Below are positions 7,951 through 16,858 of a stretch of DNA of 43,759 nt, piece after piece. The position numbers and the translations under genes were made by a program. The stretch spans positions 1 through 43,759 of the forward strand of contig JAQWKF010000075.1 in the NCBI GenBank assembly GCA_029247985.1, given 5' to 3'. The DNA comes from Flavobacteriaceae bacterium (lineage in GTDB: Bacteria; Bacteroidota; Bacteroidia; Flavobacteriales; Flavobacteriaceae). The notes under the pieces are model-generated. The model worked only from the letters and a program-made list of their open reading frames with translations, was not told the DNA's origin and did not search any database. Numbering within the stretch: position 1 is the stretch's first letter; every line of letters starts with the position of its first letter.

Positions 7951-8799
7951 ATGAGAAAACTAAAATTTATTGTAGCATGCATTCCAGCTTTGGTCTTAGC
8001 GCAAGAGCGCGTTAAGTCCGAAGCTGATGCCATTTTAGATGAACTCTTCCCCACAGACAGTTTGACGATTGAATCCATGGTGCTTGATCTTAAAAAGCAA
8101 GATTTTCTTTACATCAACACGCTTTACAATACCAAAACACTCTTTTCGGGACGTGATTTTGGGGTTGAGCAGTACAGTTTTTTTCCGGCCATTAGCTATA
8201 TAGACTCGAATAACTTTTTTTTAAATATAGGTTCGGGTTATTATAGCGAGGTTGATCCACAGTGGGATTTTATCACCTTTAGCGGTGGTTACTCAAACTA
8301 CTTAAACAAGAAAAAGTCGATTTTAGCAACGGGAGTCTATTCCTATACCACCTTTACAGAAGACGTTGCAGATCTTAACAATCAACGTGTTTCACTCAGC
8401 TTAAGTTATCGCGCTAAGTGGTTTAGAAACACACTTTCTGGCGGTTATTTATTTGGGGGGAACCGTTCAAGTTATTTATCCAACAACACCTACTTCAACA
8501 TTGATCTGTTAGAAAGCAAATCGCTAGATATATCCATTGAACCTAGGGTTGGTATCTTTTGGGGAAATCAAACGGTAACTGAATTGGTACGCATTGGCAC
8601 TTTTCAATTCCAAGAAGTAAGTACCGATGTGTTCCAGCTTTTGAATACAGAAGTGAGTATTCCGATCGCATTTGATTTTGGTAAATGGGATTTTGAAATT
8701 GACTACACCTATGCAATGCCAAATGCCCTTCCTGGTGAAGACAAACCAAACAACAACGGCTATTTTTCTATTTCCTTAGGTTACTTGATTGGGCTATAG
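7951..8799 (+). CDS. hypothetical outer-membrane (beta-barrel-like) protein
   Basis: From the ATG at 7951 the product has a clean signal peptide (MRKLKFIVACIPALVLAQ). The rest is rich in alternating aromatic/polar beta-strand patterns (YSYTTF, SLSLSYRA, FEIDYTYA, FSISLGYL). The ATG at 7915 is an alternative start that overlaps the upstream stop. Confidence 0.5.
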   Translation: MRKLKFIVACIPALVLAQERVKSEADAILDELFPTDSLTIESMVLDLKKQDFLYINTLYNTKTLFSGRDFGVEQYSFFPAISYIDSNNFFLNIGSGYYSEVDPQWDFITFSGGYSNYLNKKKSILATGVYSYTTFTEDVADLNNQRVSLSLSYRAKWFRNTLSGGYLFGGNRSSYLSNNTYFNIDLLESKSLDISIEPRVGIFWGNQTVTELVRIGTFQFQEVSTDVFQLLNTEVSIPIAFDFGKWDFEIDYTYAMPNALPGEDKPNNNGYFSISLGYLIGL

Positions 8800-9291
8800 T
8801 CCGCAAAGTTTAAGGTGGTGCTCTAAATGAAGTTTGATAAATTTCTGAGTTAAGCTTTTGTTTAAACGCCCTATGAACAGATGCTTAAAAATTCCTTTGC
8901 GAGCTGCGGTTTCAGGGAGTGCTGCAAAAAACAAATCAGCTTCTTCTCGGGTTTTAGAAAGGCGCTCATATAAATCCTTTTGATCCATGTTTTCGGGGAA
9001 TACCTCCACTATTTTTGGCGCTTTAACTTTTAACAATCCTAATTTTAATAGTGCAAAAAAAAGGATGAATCGCAATCGGGTTAACAAACGTACGTTTTCC
9101 AAAGCCTGTAGGTCTTGAGTTTTAAGCTTAATGTAGGCTAACACACCTCTTTCTACCAACCAGCAATGATATAGATGCTGCAATACACTCCATTTTCCTT
9201 CAATGGGTGCTCGTAAGTCTTCATCTGAATAAGCTGCAAGCTTTTGTTGCAATGCCTCTACAGAAACGAAACGATTAGAAAAGGTATACAT
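8794..9291 (-). CDS. DinB family protein
   Basis: 165 aa. KWSVLQHLYHCWLVE ... FIKLHLEHHLKL fits the DinB four-helix His-triad pattern. Confidence 0.75.
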   Translation of the reverse strand: MYTFSNRFVSVEALQQKLAAYSDEDLRAPIEGKWSVLQHLYHCWLVERGVLAYIKLKTQDLQALENVRLLTRLRFILFFALLKLGLLKVKAPKIVEVFPENMDQKDLYERLSKTREEADLFFAALPETAARKGIFKHLFIGRLNKSLTQKFIKLHLEHHLKLCGL

Positions 9292-9293
9292 TT

Positions 9294-9776
9294 TTATCTT
9301 CCAAAATCATCAGAAACCCTAACAATATCGTCCTCATCAGATGGGTTTTCGGGATCTGTGTGTTGCCATATTTCTGCCACCAAGGCACGCGAAGACAACC
9401 CTACTAAACGATGTCGTTCACCCTGTTTTAATCGAACTTGATCGCCCTCATTTAGCACTTCTAGTTCGCCTATATCGTCGGTATCAGAGCGTATGATACC
9501 AGCAGTTCCTCTATAAACACGCCATATTTCAGCACGTCTGTGATGGTATTGCCATGACAGTCTTACGTCAGGTGAAACAATCAATATTTTAGGACTTAGT
9601 TTTCCTCCAATACGAATTGAATCCACATCTAATCCAGAAAAAAACTGATTGGCAAAGTCTTGTGCTTGTGCCTCATCTACAACCAGAAAACCGCCCCATG
9701 GACGCGAAAAATCATGCGCTACCACATTGAAGCCTAACGACTCGATATGAGACTTAATTTGTTCGAATGATTCCAT
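9294..9776 (-). CDS. cupin-domain sugar-phosphate isomerase-like protein (mannose-6-phosphate isomerase type II C-terminal-like)
   Basis: Trimmed to the ATG at 9776 (MESFEQIK...). RPWGGF, SWQYHHRRAEIW and GERHRL are cupin motif 1 and 2 residues. Confidence 0.7.
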   Translation of the reverse strand: MESFEQIKSHIESLGFNVVAHDFSRPWGGFLVVDEAQAQDFANQFFSGLDVDSIRIGGKLSPKILIVSPDVRLSWQYHHRRAEIWRVYRGTAGIIRSDTDDIGELEVLNEGDQVRLKQGERHRLVGLSSRALVAEIWQHTDPENPSDEDDIVRVSDDFGR

Positions 9777-9865
9777 TGTAATAATTTGAATCAAAGATAC
9801 AGTAAGACAAAGAATTGTTACACCATAGTGGAACAAAATTTATATATTGAAGAAATTTTAACTAC

Positions 9866-10756
9866 ATGTTCGAGCTGTTCTATGCAAAACTTTTGGATGA
9901 AAAAACCAAAAAGTTAAGTGAAAAATTCATCATAAATCTTGCCATTGTAAGCTTTTTGCTTCACTTGGCTGTGATTACGCTAAACGACCTTGGCCTTCTT
10001 GGAATTGCCATCACAGGCGAGTTGTTTACGAATCCTATTTCGGCTATATATACACCATTCTCCTTTATCCTTGTTTATGAGGTATACTTGCTGATTTATT
10101 ATTTACCAAAGTCGATGACCATCTATATTGGAAAGCAATATGAAATCATCATGCTTATCGTCATTCGAAGATTGTATAAAGATTTATCCAACATTTCGTT
10201 GGATGGCAACTGGTTTGAAAGTGCACAAAACCTGCAATTTATATATGACATCATTGCTACTGTGATCCTGTTTTTACTTATTCACTTTTTTTACAGCATG
10301 AATAAGTTTAGGGTAAGAAAACTATTAAAGTTAACCGAAACTCGTCCGGAACTTGTTCGTTTTATCAAGTTTAAGAAATCATTGGCTGTTTTGTTGGTGC
10401 CAACATTCATCATCATCGCATTGTTCAATGTATTCGAATGGGCATCGCAAGTATCTGAACTTGAGCAAGGAATTGCTTCAGGGCTTGACGTTAATGCAGT
10501 ATTTTTTGATGACTTCTTTACCGTGTTAATTTTGGTAGATGTGCTTTTGGTGTTGTTTTCATTTGCACATACGGATAAGTTCAACAAGGTTATTCGCAAC
10601 TCTGGATTTGTAATCTCGACCATTTTGGTCAAGTTATCCTTTAGCGTTTCAGGGCTTCAAAATGTATTGCTTATTATTTCAGCAGTTGCCTTTGGGGTTA
10701 TTATCCTCTGGATTCACAAATTGTTCGAGAAAAATAAATTACCTGCCAATTATTAA
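9866..10756 (+). CDS. hypothetical multi-pass membrane protein
   Basis: 296-aa ORF with at least six long hydrophobic segments. I recognise no family signature. Confidence 0.6.
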   Translation: MFELFYAKLLDEKTKKLSEKFIINLAIVSFLLHLAVITLNDLGLLGIAITGELFTNPISAIYTPFSFILVYEVYLLIYYLPKSMTIYIGKQYEIIMLIVIRRLYKDLSNISLDGNWFESAQNLQFIYDIIATVILFLLIHFFYSMNKFRVRKLLKLTETRPELVRFIKFKKSLAVLLVPTFIIIALFNVFEWASQVSELEQGIASGLDVNAVFFDDFFTVLILVDVLLVLFSFAHTDKFNKVIRNSGFVISTILVKLSFSVSGLQNVLLIISAVAFGVIILWIHKLFEKNKLPANY

Positions 10757-10930
10757 AAAACCTACCCCAGGCAAGTTTTGCATAAACTCGAATTAAACAT
10801 GTTTGAGGCTACCTGTGTGTTTAAGGATCCGCATAAAACGGCTTGCTTGTGCACCCAAAACTCACCTCTTCGAATTAAATTAGCGTTGAGTTTATCAAAA
10901 AATGTACCTTATGTAGGGTAGGTATTTTTG
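10757..10930 (-). ncRNA. ssrS: candidate 6S-like RNA (6S-Flavo type) downstream of zapA
   Basis: A noncoding gap of 178 nt contains nested inverted repeats: CCTACCC (10761-10767) with GGGTAGG (10916-10922), TTTTG (10776-10780) with CAAAA (10896-10900), and ATAAACTC (10782-10789) with GAGTTTAT (10888-10895). On the minus strand the element ends in GGGGTAGGTTTTTT. Its position 3' of zapA mirrors zapA-ssrS in E. coli. Strand and ends are inferred. Confidence 0.45.
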
Positions 10931-10934
10931 GTAT

Positions 10935-11219
10935 TTAGGAAGCTAATTGCTCCGTTAAATACTTTGATAAAAGTACAATTTTTTTGTGAACATCGCTTTG
11001 CGATGTCGTATTGGCGTCTGCTTCCTTACTGGACTGTACAGCAATTTGAAGGGCACACATGGCCAAAACGTCTTGCTTGTCTTTTACTGCATAGTTTTTT
11101 TCAAAATGATCTACCATCACATTTAGGCTTTTTGCAGCTTCACGTAGAATAGCCTCTTCGCCTTCTGGTACACTTAATGGATATACCCTATCGGCAATAG
11201 AAAGTTTAATTTTTTGCAT
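10935..11219 (-). CDS. zapA: cell division protein ZapA
   Basis: 94 aa. IKLSIADRVYPLSVPEGEEAILREAAKSLN matches the ZapA N-terminal pattern. The + strand ORF 10928..11152 is its shadow. Confidence 0.8.
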   Translation of the reverse strand: MQKIKLSIADRVYPLSVPEGEEAILREAAKSLNVMVDHFEKNYAVKDKQDVLAMCALQIAVQSSKEADANTTSQSDVHKKIVLLSKYLTEQLAS

Positions 11220-11521
11220 CAGTCCTCTATTTTAATTTGCGCAATACAAGCATCTACTTCGCTTATTAACGCATCTATGTGGTGTAAGGTGCGCTTTTTA
11301 GCTGCGGTATTGTCCGTTTTCATGCCTTGAACGGATTTCAAGGCTTCGTATTTTTCTTTCCACTCTTGCGCATCTTCTTGCTTAACCTTAAGTTTAGATT
11401 GGACCTCAAGTAAAGAAGCTTCTAAAGCAGCTTTTGATTGCTGCAATTGATGCATTTTTTCAACCAACTCATGAAGTTGATTTTCTAATTTATCCAAAAC
11501 AGCGGTAGTGGCGTTGTCCAT
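11219..11521 (-). CDS. coiled-coil protein, translationally coupled to zapA
   Basis: 100 aa with heptad-like Leu/Gln/Glu/Lys-rich sequence. Its TGA overlaps the zapA ATG by 1 nt. I recognise no family signature. Confidence 0.6.
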   Translation of the reverse strand: MDNATTAVLDKLENQLHELVEKMHQLQQSKAALEASLLEVQSKLKVKQEDAQEWKEKYEALKSVQGMKTDNTAAKKRTLHHIDALISEVDACIAQIKIED

Positions 11522-11612
11522 TTAATTAAATTCCTTTCAAATGTACCTAAGCTATTGACATTTAACAAATTCCCATTCTCAATTTGCTTCATAATATTTT
11601 ACCTTTGAAAAC

Positions 11613-13268
11613 ATGAAACGCTCAATCTTACTATCCACTTTGTTAGTAATACGCTTTATTTATGCGCAATACTACCGCTCACCCGTCGACATCCCTATTC
11701 AATTGTCTGGAACATTTGCAGAACTTCGAGGTACACATTTCCACGCAGGAATTGACATTCGCACCCAAGGCAAAGAAGGATTGCCATTACGTGCCGTTGC
11801 AAACGGCTATGTGTCGCGTATTAAAATTCAACAAGGCGGTTATGGAAAAGCTGTGTACATCAATCATCCCAATGGCGTGACTAGTGTTTATGCGCATCTG
11901 CAACGCTACAGTCCAGATATTATACAACATGTTCGTAAAAAACAATATGAACAAAAAAGCTACACTGTTGAGTTTTATCCTGAGCCTGATCAAATGCCCA
12001 TAAAAAAAGGAGCACTTATTGGATATTCAGGGAATACTGGCTCGTCTTTTGGCCCTCACCTACATTTTGAGCTCAGAACAAGCGTAAACCAAATTCCATT
12101 CAATCCGCTACTTGTCAATAGCAATATCGCAGACACACGAAAGCCCATAATAGTACAACTTATTGGCTATCCCATTGATGGTGTTATCAATAGATCAGAA
12201 GAGCAAATTCAGTTGCCCATAACCCAAAAGAATGATAGTGTATATATTGCCGATAAGGTTACGGCCATAGGAACTATTGGTTTTGGTATAGAGCATTTTG
12301 ACAGGCAAAATGATTCTTTTTTTAAAAATGGTGCCTTTAAAATTGATGCCACTCTTGACAGCACCCCACGATTTAAAATTCAATTTGACACACTCTCATT
12401 TGACGACACCATTGAAATGCACAAGTTAATAGACTATCCGCTATATGTAGACGCAAATAAGAAAGTGATGCAACTTTTTAATTCCCATAAAACACCCGTT
12501 GCCTTTGCCAAGTACACAAACAATGGTCTTATTGATGTTGAAGCGGGTGCGCAGTTAACATATACCGTAAAGTTGCGCGATGTCGCTGGTAATAAGGTGT
12601 ATTTACACATACCCATAGAAGGAAAAGCTGAAGAAGTGTGGGTGACAAAAAAATCTCCACTGCCAGGAAAAATGATTTATCCCAAAAGGGATTATATGTT
12701 CGAGTTACAAGACTACAGCTTGTATATAAACCAAAAAACCTTTAGTCAACCCACCCCGCTAAACATTGAAATGGACGGAGACACACTCAATATCTCTAAC
12801 GATTACGCTTATTTTGAAAAGCCATACACATTAACATTGGAAAAAGAAAATACACCCAAAGGAGCTTATTTGGCCTTGAAGCGGAGTAAGCGCTGGGGGT
12901 ATGTGGCAAATAAAAACAAGAAAGGACAGTTTTCGGCAAAGCTGAAAAGTACAGGAGCTATAACGGTACTGATTGACAGTATCCCTCCTACTATTGTAGA
13001 CCAAAAGAAAATCAGTGATCGGTGGATTTCACTTGTAAAAGACATCCGCTTTACGATAGATGACAAAGGCGCTGGAATAGATCGCTATGAGGGCTATTTA
13101 AACGACAAATGGGTTCTGTTTGAATACGAGCAAAAGAAAAAAGAACTCACATTTCGATTTCGAGATCCTATAAAACTTAAAAAAACAAAACATAAATTAA
13201 AGCTAATTGTTTGGGATAAAGTCGGTAACAATACTACATTTGAAACAACGTTTTATCGTAAAGAATGA
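11613..13268 (+). CDS. M23 family metallopeptidase (LytM/lysostaphin-type)
   Basis: HFHAGIDIR (HxxxD) and GPHLHFELR (HxH) zinc-ligand motifs, with an N-terminal signal-like segment. Confidence 0.9.
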   Translation: MKRSILLSTLLVIRFIYAQYYRSPVDIPIQLSGTFAELRGTHFHAGIDIRTQGKEGLPLRAVANGYVSRIKIQQGGYGKAVYINHPNGVTSVYAHLQRYSPDIIQHVRKKQYEQKSYTVEFYPEPDQMPIKKGALIGYSGNTGSSFGPHLHFELRTSVNQIPFNPLLVNSNIADTRKPIIVQLIGYPIDGVINRSEEQIQLPITQKNDSVYIADKVTAIGTIGFGIEHFDRQNDSFFKNGAFKIDATLDSTPRFKIQFDTLSFDDTIEMHKLIDYPLYVDANKKVMQLFNSHKTPVAFAKYTNNGLIDVEAGAQLTYTVKLRDVAGNKVYLHIPIEGKAEEVWVTKKSPLPGKMIYPKRDYMFELQDYSLYINQKTFSQPTPLNIEMDGDTLNISNDYAYFEKPYTLTLEKENTPKGAYLALKRSKRWGYVANKNKKGQFSAKLKSTGAITVLIDSIPPTIVDQKKISDRWISLVKDIRFTIDDKGAGIDRYEGYLNDKWVLFEYEQKKKELTFRFRDPIKLKKTKHKLKLIVWDKVGNNTTFETTFYRKE

Positions 13269-15709
13269 AAAAACTAGCGCTTGCTTTCCTATACTACTTA
13301 AGTTGTCATTTCGTTTTACATGCGCAAAACACTACTCTACAAGGTATCATTACTAATGATAAGCAAGAACCCATACCCTATGTGACGGTAAGCACAAATA
13401 CGGGCTTTGGCACCACCACAAACCAGAACGGTTTTTATCAATTGAATTTACCCGCTGAAACAAAATTTGTAGTCAGCTTCTCTCATATTGCTCATGAAAA
13501 GGTAGTAGTAACCATTACTCCGCAACCCAATACCGTTCAAGAATTCCACCCTGTAATGAACACCAAACGCGCACAAATGGGCGAAGTAGTAGTCATGGGA
13601 AATCAGTCTTCCAAAATTAGTGGGGTAACTGTCTTATCCCCTGAAACAGTACGTAGTATTCCTGGTGCAAATGCGGGCGTTGAGAACTTACTCTTAAGCT
13701 TACCAGGGGTAAATTCAAATAACGAACTCAGTACGCAATATGCTGTTAGAGGAGGAAATTATGATGAGAATTTGGTTTACGTAAATGGAATCGAAGTGTA
13801 TCGGCCAACCCTAATCCGTGCTGGACAGCAAGAAGGATTAAGCTTTTTAAATCCCGACCTCATTCAACAAGTATCGTTTAAGGCTGGTGGTTTCGAAGCA
13901 CGTTTTGGCGACAAACTTTCTTCGGTATTAGATATTACCTACAAAACACCAACGCAAAAAGTATTACGTGTAGATGCGAGTTTATTGGGAGGTGGAATAA
14001 GCTATGGCAATACGAAGGGTAAGTGGTCTGCAATTGTAGGCGCACGCTATCGCGACAACCAATTGCTGGTTAACCAAAAGGAAACCAGTGCGCAATACCA
14101 GCCTTCATTTGCTGATCTACAATCCTTTATTAGTTATCAAAAAAGTGATAAGCTAAAATTTCAATTTCTAGGTTCTGTTTCTAGAAACGTTTATAATTAC
14201 GCACCCCAAACTAGACAAACAAATTTTGGAACTGCCAGTGATCCACGTGCGCTATTGGTTTATTATGAGGGTAGTGAAGAAGATATTTACCAAACTTATT
14301 TGGGTGCACTAAAGGCCACTTATCAGCCATCTGAAAACAACCAATATGTTTTGACAACTTCTATTTATCATACCCAAGAGCAAGAGTATTTTGACATTAT
14401 TGGGCAATATTTGCTTGGCACACCAAATACGCAGATTGGCTCTGAAGACCTAGGTAACATATCCTTTGCAGAGGGTATTGGCAGTCAGCATACACATGGA
14501 AGAAACGATTTTGATGCTCTCATAACATCTGTAAATATTTCTGGAAAACATCAGCTAGACAAGCAGGAATTACGATGGGGTGTGTCATTAAAATCTGAAG
14601 ACATACGCGATCGAATAGTTGAGTGGGAAAAAATAGACTCTGCAGGCTTTTCTATACGTCCACCACACATCACTGCTAAAAACAACCAACCCTATGAACC
14701 ATTTGAAGGACCATTGACTTTGTTCAATAACATAAGGGCTACCCAACATAGTACGCTCAACAGAATTTCAGGCTACCTACAATGGAATAATCGTTTTTTG
14801 ATGGGAAAAAAAATAGCATGGTTGTCGGCTGGAATTCGGGTACACCATTGGAACCTGTCAAACTTTAGCAATTCTGGTAGTACATTTGTTAGCCCACGTG
14901 CGCAATTGAGTTTTCAACCTGTAAACAACCCTAATATAGTAACGCGTTTATCAGTTGGAAATTACACCCAAGCCCCATTTTACAAAGAATTAAGGGGTAT
15001 TGACGGTAAGATAAATCCATCCGTAAAGCCACAACAATCTATTCATGCAGTAGTAAGTCAGGATCGAACATTTCAACTTTGGAAAAGGCCGTTTGTATTT
15101 AGAGCTTCTGCATACTATAAATACTTGTGGGATGTCAACCCCTATACCTTGGAAAATGTACGCATTCGGTATGCAGCGAATAACGACACAAAGGCTAAAG
15201 TTTACGGCTTAGATATGCGCCTAAATGGTGAGTTTGTTCCAGGCACTGAATCTTGGATAAGCGTGGGGCTATTAAAAGCAGTTGAGAATCAAAATAATCG
15301 TGGAGATATACCAAGACCTACAGACCAAAGATTAAAATTTGCCATGCTTTTTCAAGACTATGTACCTAGGTTACCATTCTTAAAAATGAACTTAAATTTG
15401 GTTTACAACACTGGTCTTCCAGGCGGCTCTCCTAGCTATGCTGACGCCTACAATTATCAAAACAGATTGCGCAACTACAAACGTGCCGATATTGGCTTTT
15501 TGTATGTCATAAAAGACGACACCCGTTTTAGAAATACCTTCAATGCATTTAAGGAACTAGAAGTTGGGGTCGAAATTTTCAATATATTCAATGTACAAAA
15601 CGCGATTACCAATACTTGGGTAAGAGATGTCTATACACAACGTCAATTTGCCGTTGCCAACTACATGACTCCGCGTGTATTCAATATCAAAATCAAAGCA
15701 AAATTTTAG
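13265..15709 (+). CDS. TonB-dependent receptor-like outer-membrane protein with a CarboxypepD_reg N-domain
   Basis: Signal peptide, then LQGIITNDKQEPIPYVTVS (carboxypeptidase-regulatory-like fold). A plug-like region follows (IPGANAGVENLLLSLPGVN ... AVRGG). The long beta-rich body ends in ...IKIKAKF, a terminal aromatic residue. Confidence 0.85.
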   Translation: MKKLALAFLYYLSCHFVLHAQNTTLQGIITNDKQEPIPYVTVSTNTGFGTTTNQNGFYQLNLPAETKFVVSFSHIAHEKVVVTITPQPNTVQEFHPVMNTKRAQMGEVVVMGNQSSKISGVTVLSPETVRSIPGANAGVENLLLSLPGVNSNNELSTQYAVRGGNYDENLVYVNGIEVYRPTLIRAGQQEGLSFLNPDLIQQVSFKAGGFEARFGDKLSSVLDITYKTPTQKVLRVDASLLGGGISYGNTKGKWSAIVGARYRDNQLLVNQKETSAQYQPSFADLQSFISYQKSDKLKFQFLGSVSRNVYNYAPQTRQTNFGTASDPRALLVYYEGSEEDIYQTYLGALKATYQPSENNQYVLTTSIYHTQEQEYFDIIGQYLLGTPNTQIGSEDLGNISFAEGIGSQHTHGRNDFDALITSVNISGKHQLDKQELRWGVSLKSEDIRDRIVEWEKIDSAGFSIRPPHITAKNNQPYEPFEGPLTLFNNIRATQHSTLNRISGYLQWNNRFLMGKKIAWLSAGIRVHHWNLSNFSNSGSTFVSPRAQLSFQPVNNPNIVTRLSVGNYTQAPFYKELRGIDGKINPSVKPQQSIHAVVSQDRTFQLWKRPFVFRASAYYKYLWDVNPYTLENVRIRYAANNDTKAKVYGLDMRLNGEFVPGTESWISVGLLKAVENQNNRGDIPRPTDQRLKFAMLFQDYVPRLPFLKMNLNLVYNTGLPGGSPSYADAYNYQNRLRNYKRADIGFLYVIKDDTRFRNTFNAFKELEVGVEIFNIFNVQNAITNTWVRDVYTQRQFAVANYMTPRVFNIKIKAKF

Positions 15710-16854
15710 CTTTTTACATAGTCAACAAGAATATCAACAAGTTTGTCAATTTCTTTTTTTGTGTTGTGAGCTGAAAAAGAAAAACGCAAGGACGGCACCT
15801 TGTTTTGCTCAGCAGTTAGCAAGTTTTGCAACACATGAGAGCCCCCCTCGCTCCCAGATTGACAAGCACTGCCTTTAGAACAACACACGCCCTGTAAATC
15901 AAGATTAAAAGCCAAGAGTTGCGCTTTCTTCTCATCCATGGGCAGACGTGCATTTACGATCGTATACGTACTGCTTTCAATATCGCCAGATGCACCATTG
16001 AATGTTGTGCCGGGCAAGGCAGCTTGTAATTGGGCTAGGCAATAGCTTTTTAAACCCTTGATATATAAAGCATCTGCTTGCATACGTTGACAGGAAATTT
16101 GAAAGGCAGCTTGCATACCAACGATATTATGAACGGCCTCTGTACCTGCGCGCATTCCGCGCTCTTGTGATCCCCCCAAAAGTATACCGCTTAAGCCCGT
16201 ATCCTTTTGAATATATAAAAAACCAACGCCCTTGGGTCCGTGAAATTTGTGTGCCGAGGCTACAGCGAAATCTACGGGAAGCTTTCCAAAGTCCAAGTAG
16301 AAGTGACCGATGGACTGAACGGTATCTGTATGGAATAACGCATTGTGTTCGTGACATAGGTTTCCAACTGCCTCAAGGTCTAATATGGTCCCTACTTCAT
16401 TATTGACATGCATCAGGCTCACCATTTTTTTCTCATCACTACTGCTCAATAAACGTTTCAGATCGTCTGTGTCGGGCAAACCGTTGGGAAGTATTTTTAC
16501 CAAGTCTAATTTTATATGCCCCTGTTGAGCCATGTGTTCTAAGGGATGAAGTACTGCATGGTGTTCTATTGGAGAACTAATAAAGTGACGAATTTTCAGT
16601 TGATGTAAAGCAGATTGCATCACTGTATTATCACCCTCTGTTCCACCAGATGTGAAAATAATTTCTTTGGGCAAAACGCCCATTTGATTGGCGATGTATT
16701 TTCGGGCAGACTCAACCTTAGCCTTTGCCGAACGTCCTGCCGCATGGACAGAAGATGGATTGCCAAAATCTTCTTGCATCGTATCATGCATGGCTTTGAT
16801 AACTTCAGGATAAATTGGAGTAGTTGCAGCGTTATCAAAGTAAATCAAATCCAT
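15706..16854 (-). CDS. cysteine desulfurase (class V aminotransferase, NifS/IscS-like)
   Basis: IYFDNAATTP N-terminus, the PLP-lysine motif SAHKFHGPKGVGFLY and the catalytic-Cys region GSACQSGS. Confidence 0.9.
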   Translation of the reverse strand: MDLIYFDNAATTPIYPEVIKAMHDTMQEDFGNPSSVHAAGRSAKAKVESARKYIANQMGVLPKEIIFTSGGTEGDNTVMQSALHQLKIRHFISSPIEHHAVLHPLEHMAQQGHIKLDLVKILPNGLPDTDDLKRLLSSSDEKKMVSLMHVNNEVGTILDLEAVGNLCHEHNALFHTDTVQSIGHFYLDFGKLPVDFAVASAHKFHGPKGVGFLYIQKDTGLSGILLGGSQERGMRAGTEAVHNIVGMQAAFQISCQRMQADALYIKGLKSYCLAQLQAALPGTTFNGASGDIESSTYTIVNARLPMDEKKAQLLAFNLDLQGVCCSKGSACQSGSEGGSHVLQNLLTAEQNKVPSLRFSFSAHNTKKEIDKLVDILVDYVKS

Positions 16855-16858
16855 AAAA

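Noticed and set aside
6292-8799. The possibility that tRNA-Met marks an integration site and the ECF module is a small genomic islet.
   Set aside because: I found no repeat of the tRNA 3' end (…GTTCAAGTCTCCCTCTCGCTA) downstream and no integrase. The composition of 6.5-8.8 kb looks like the neighbouring core genes.
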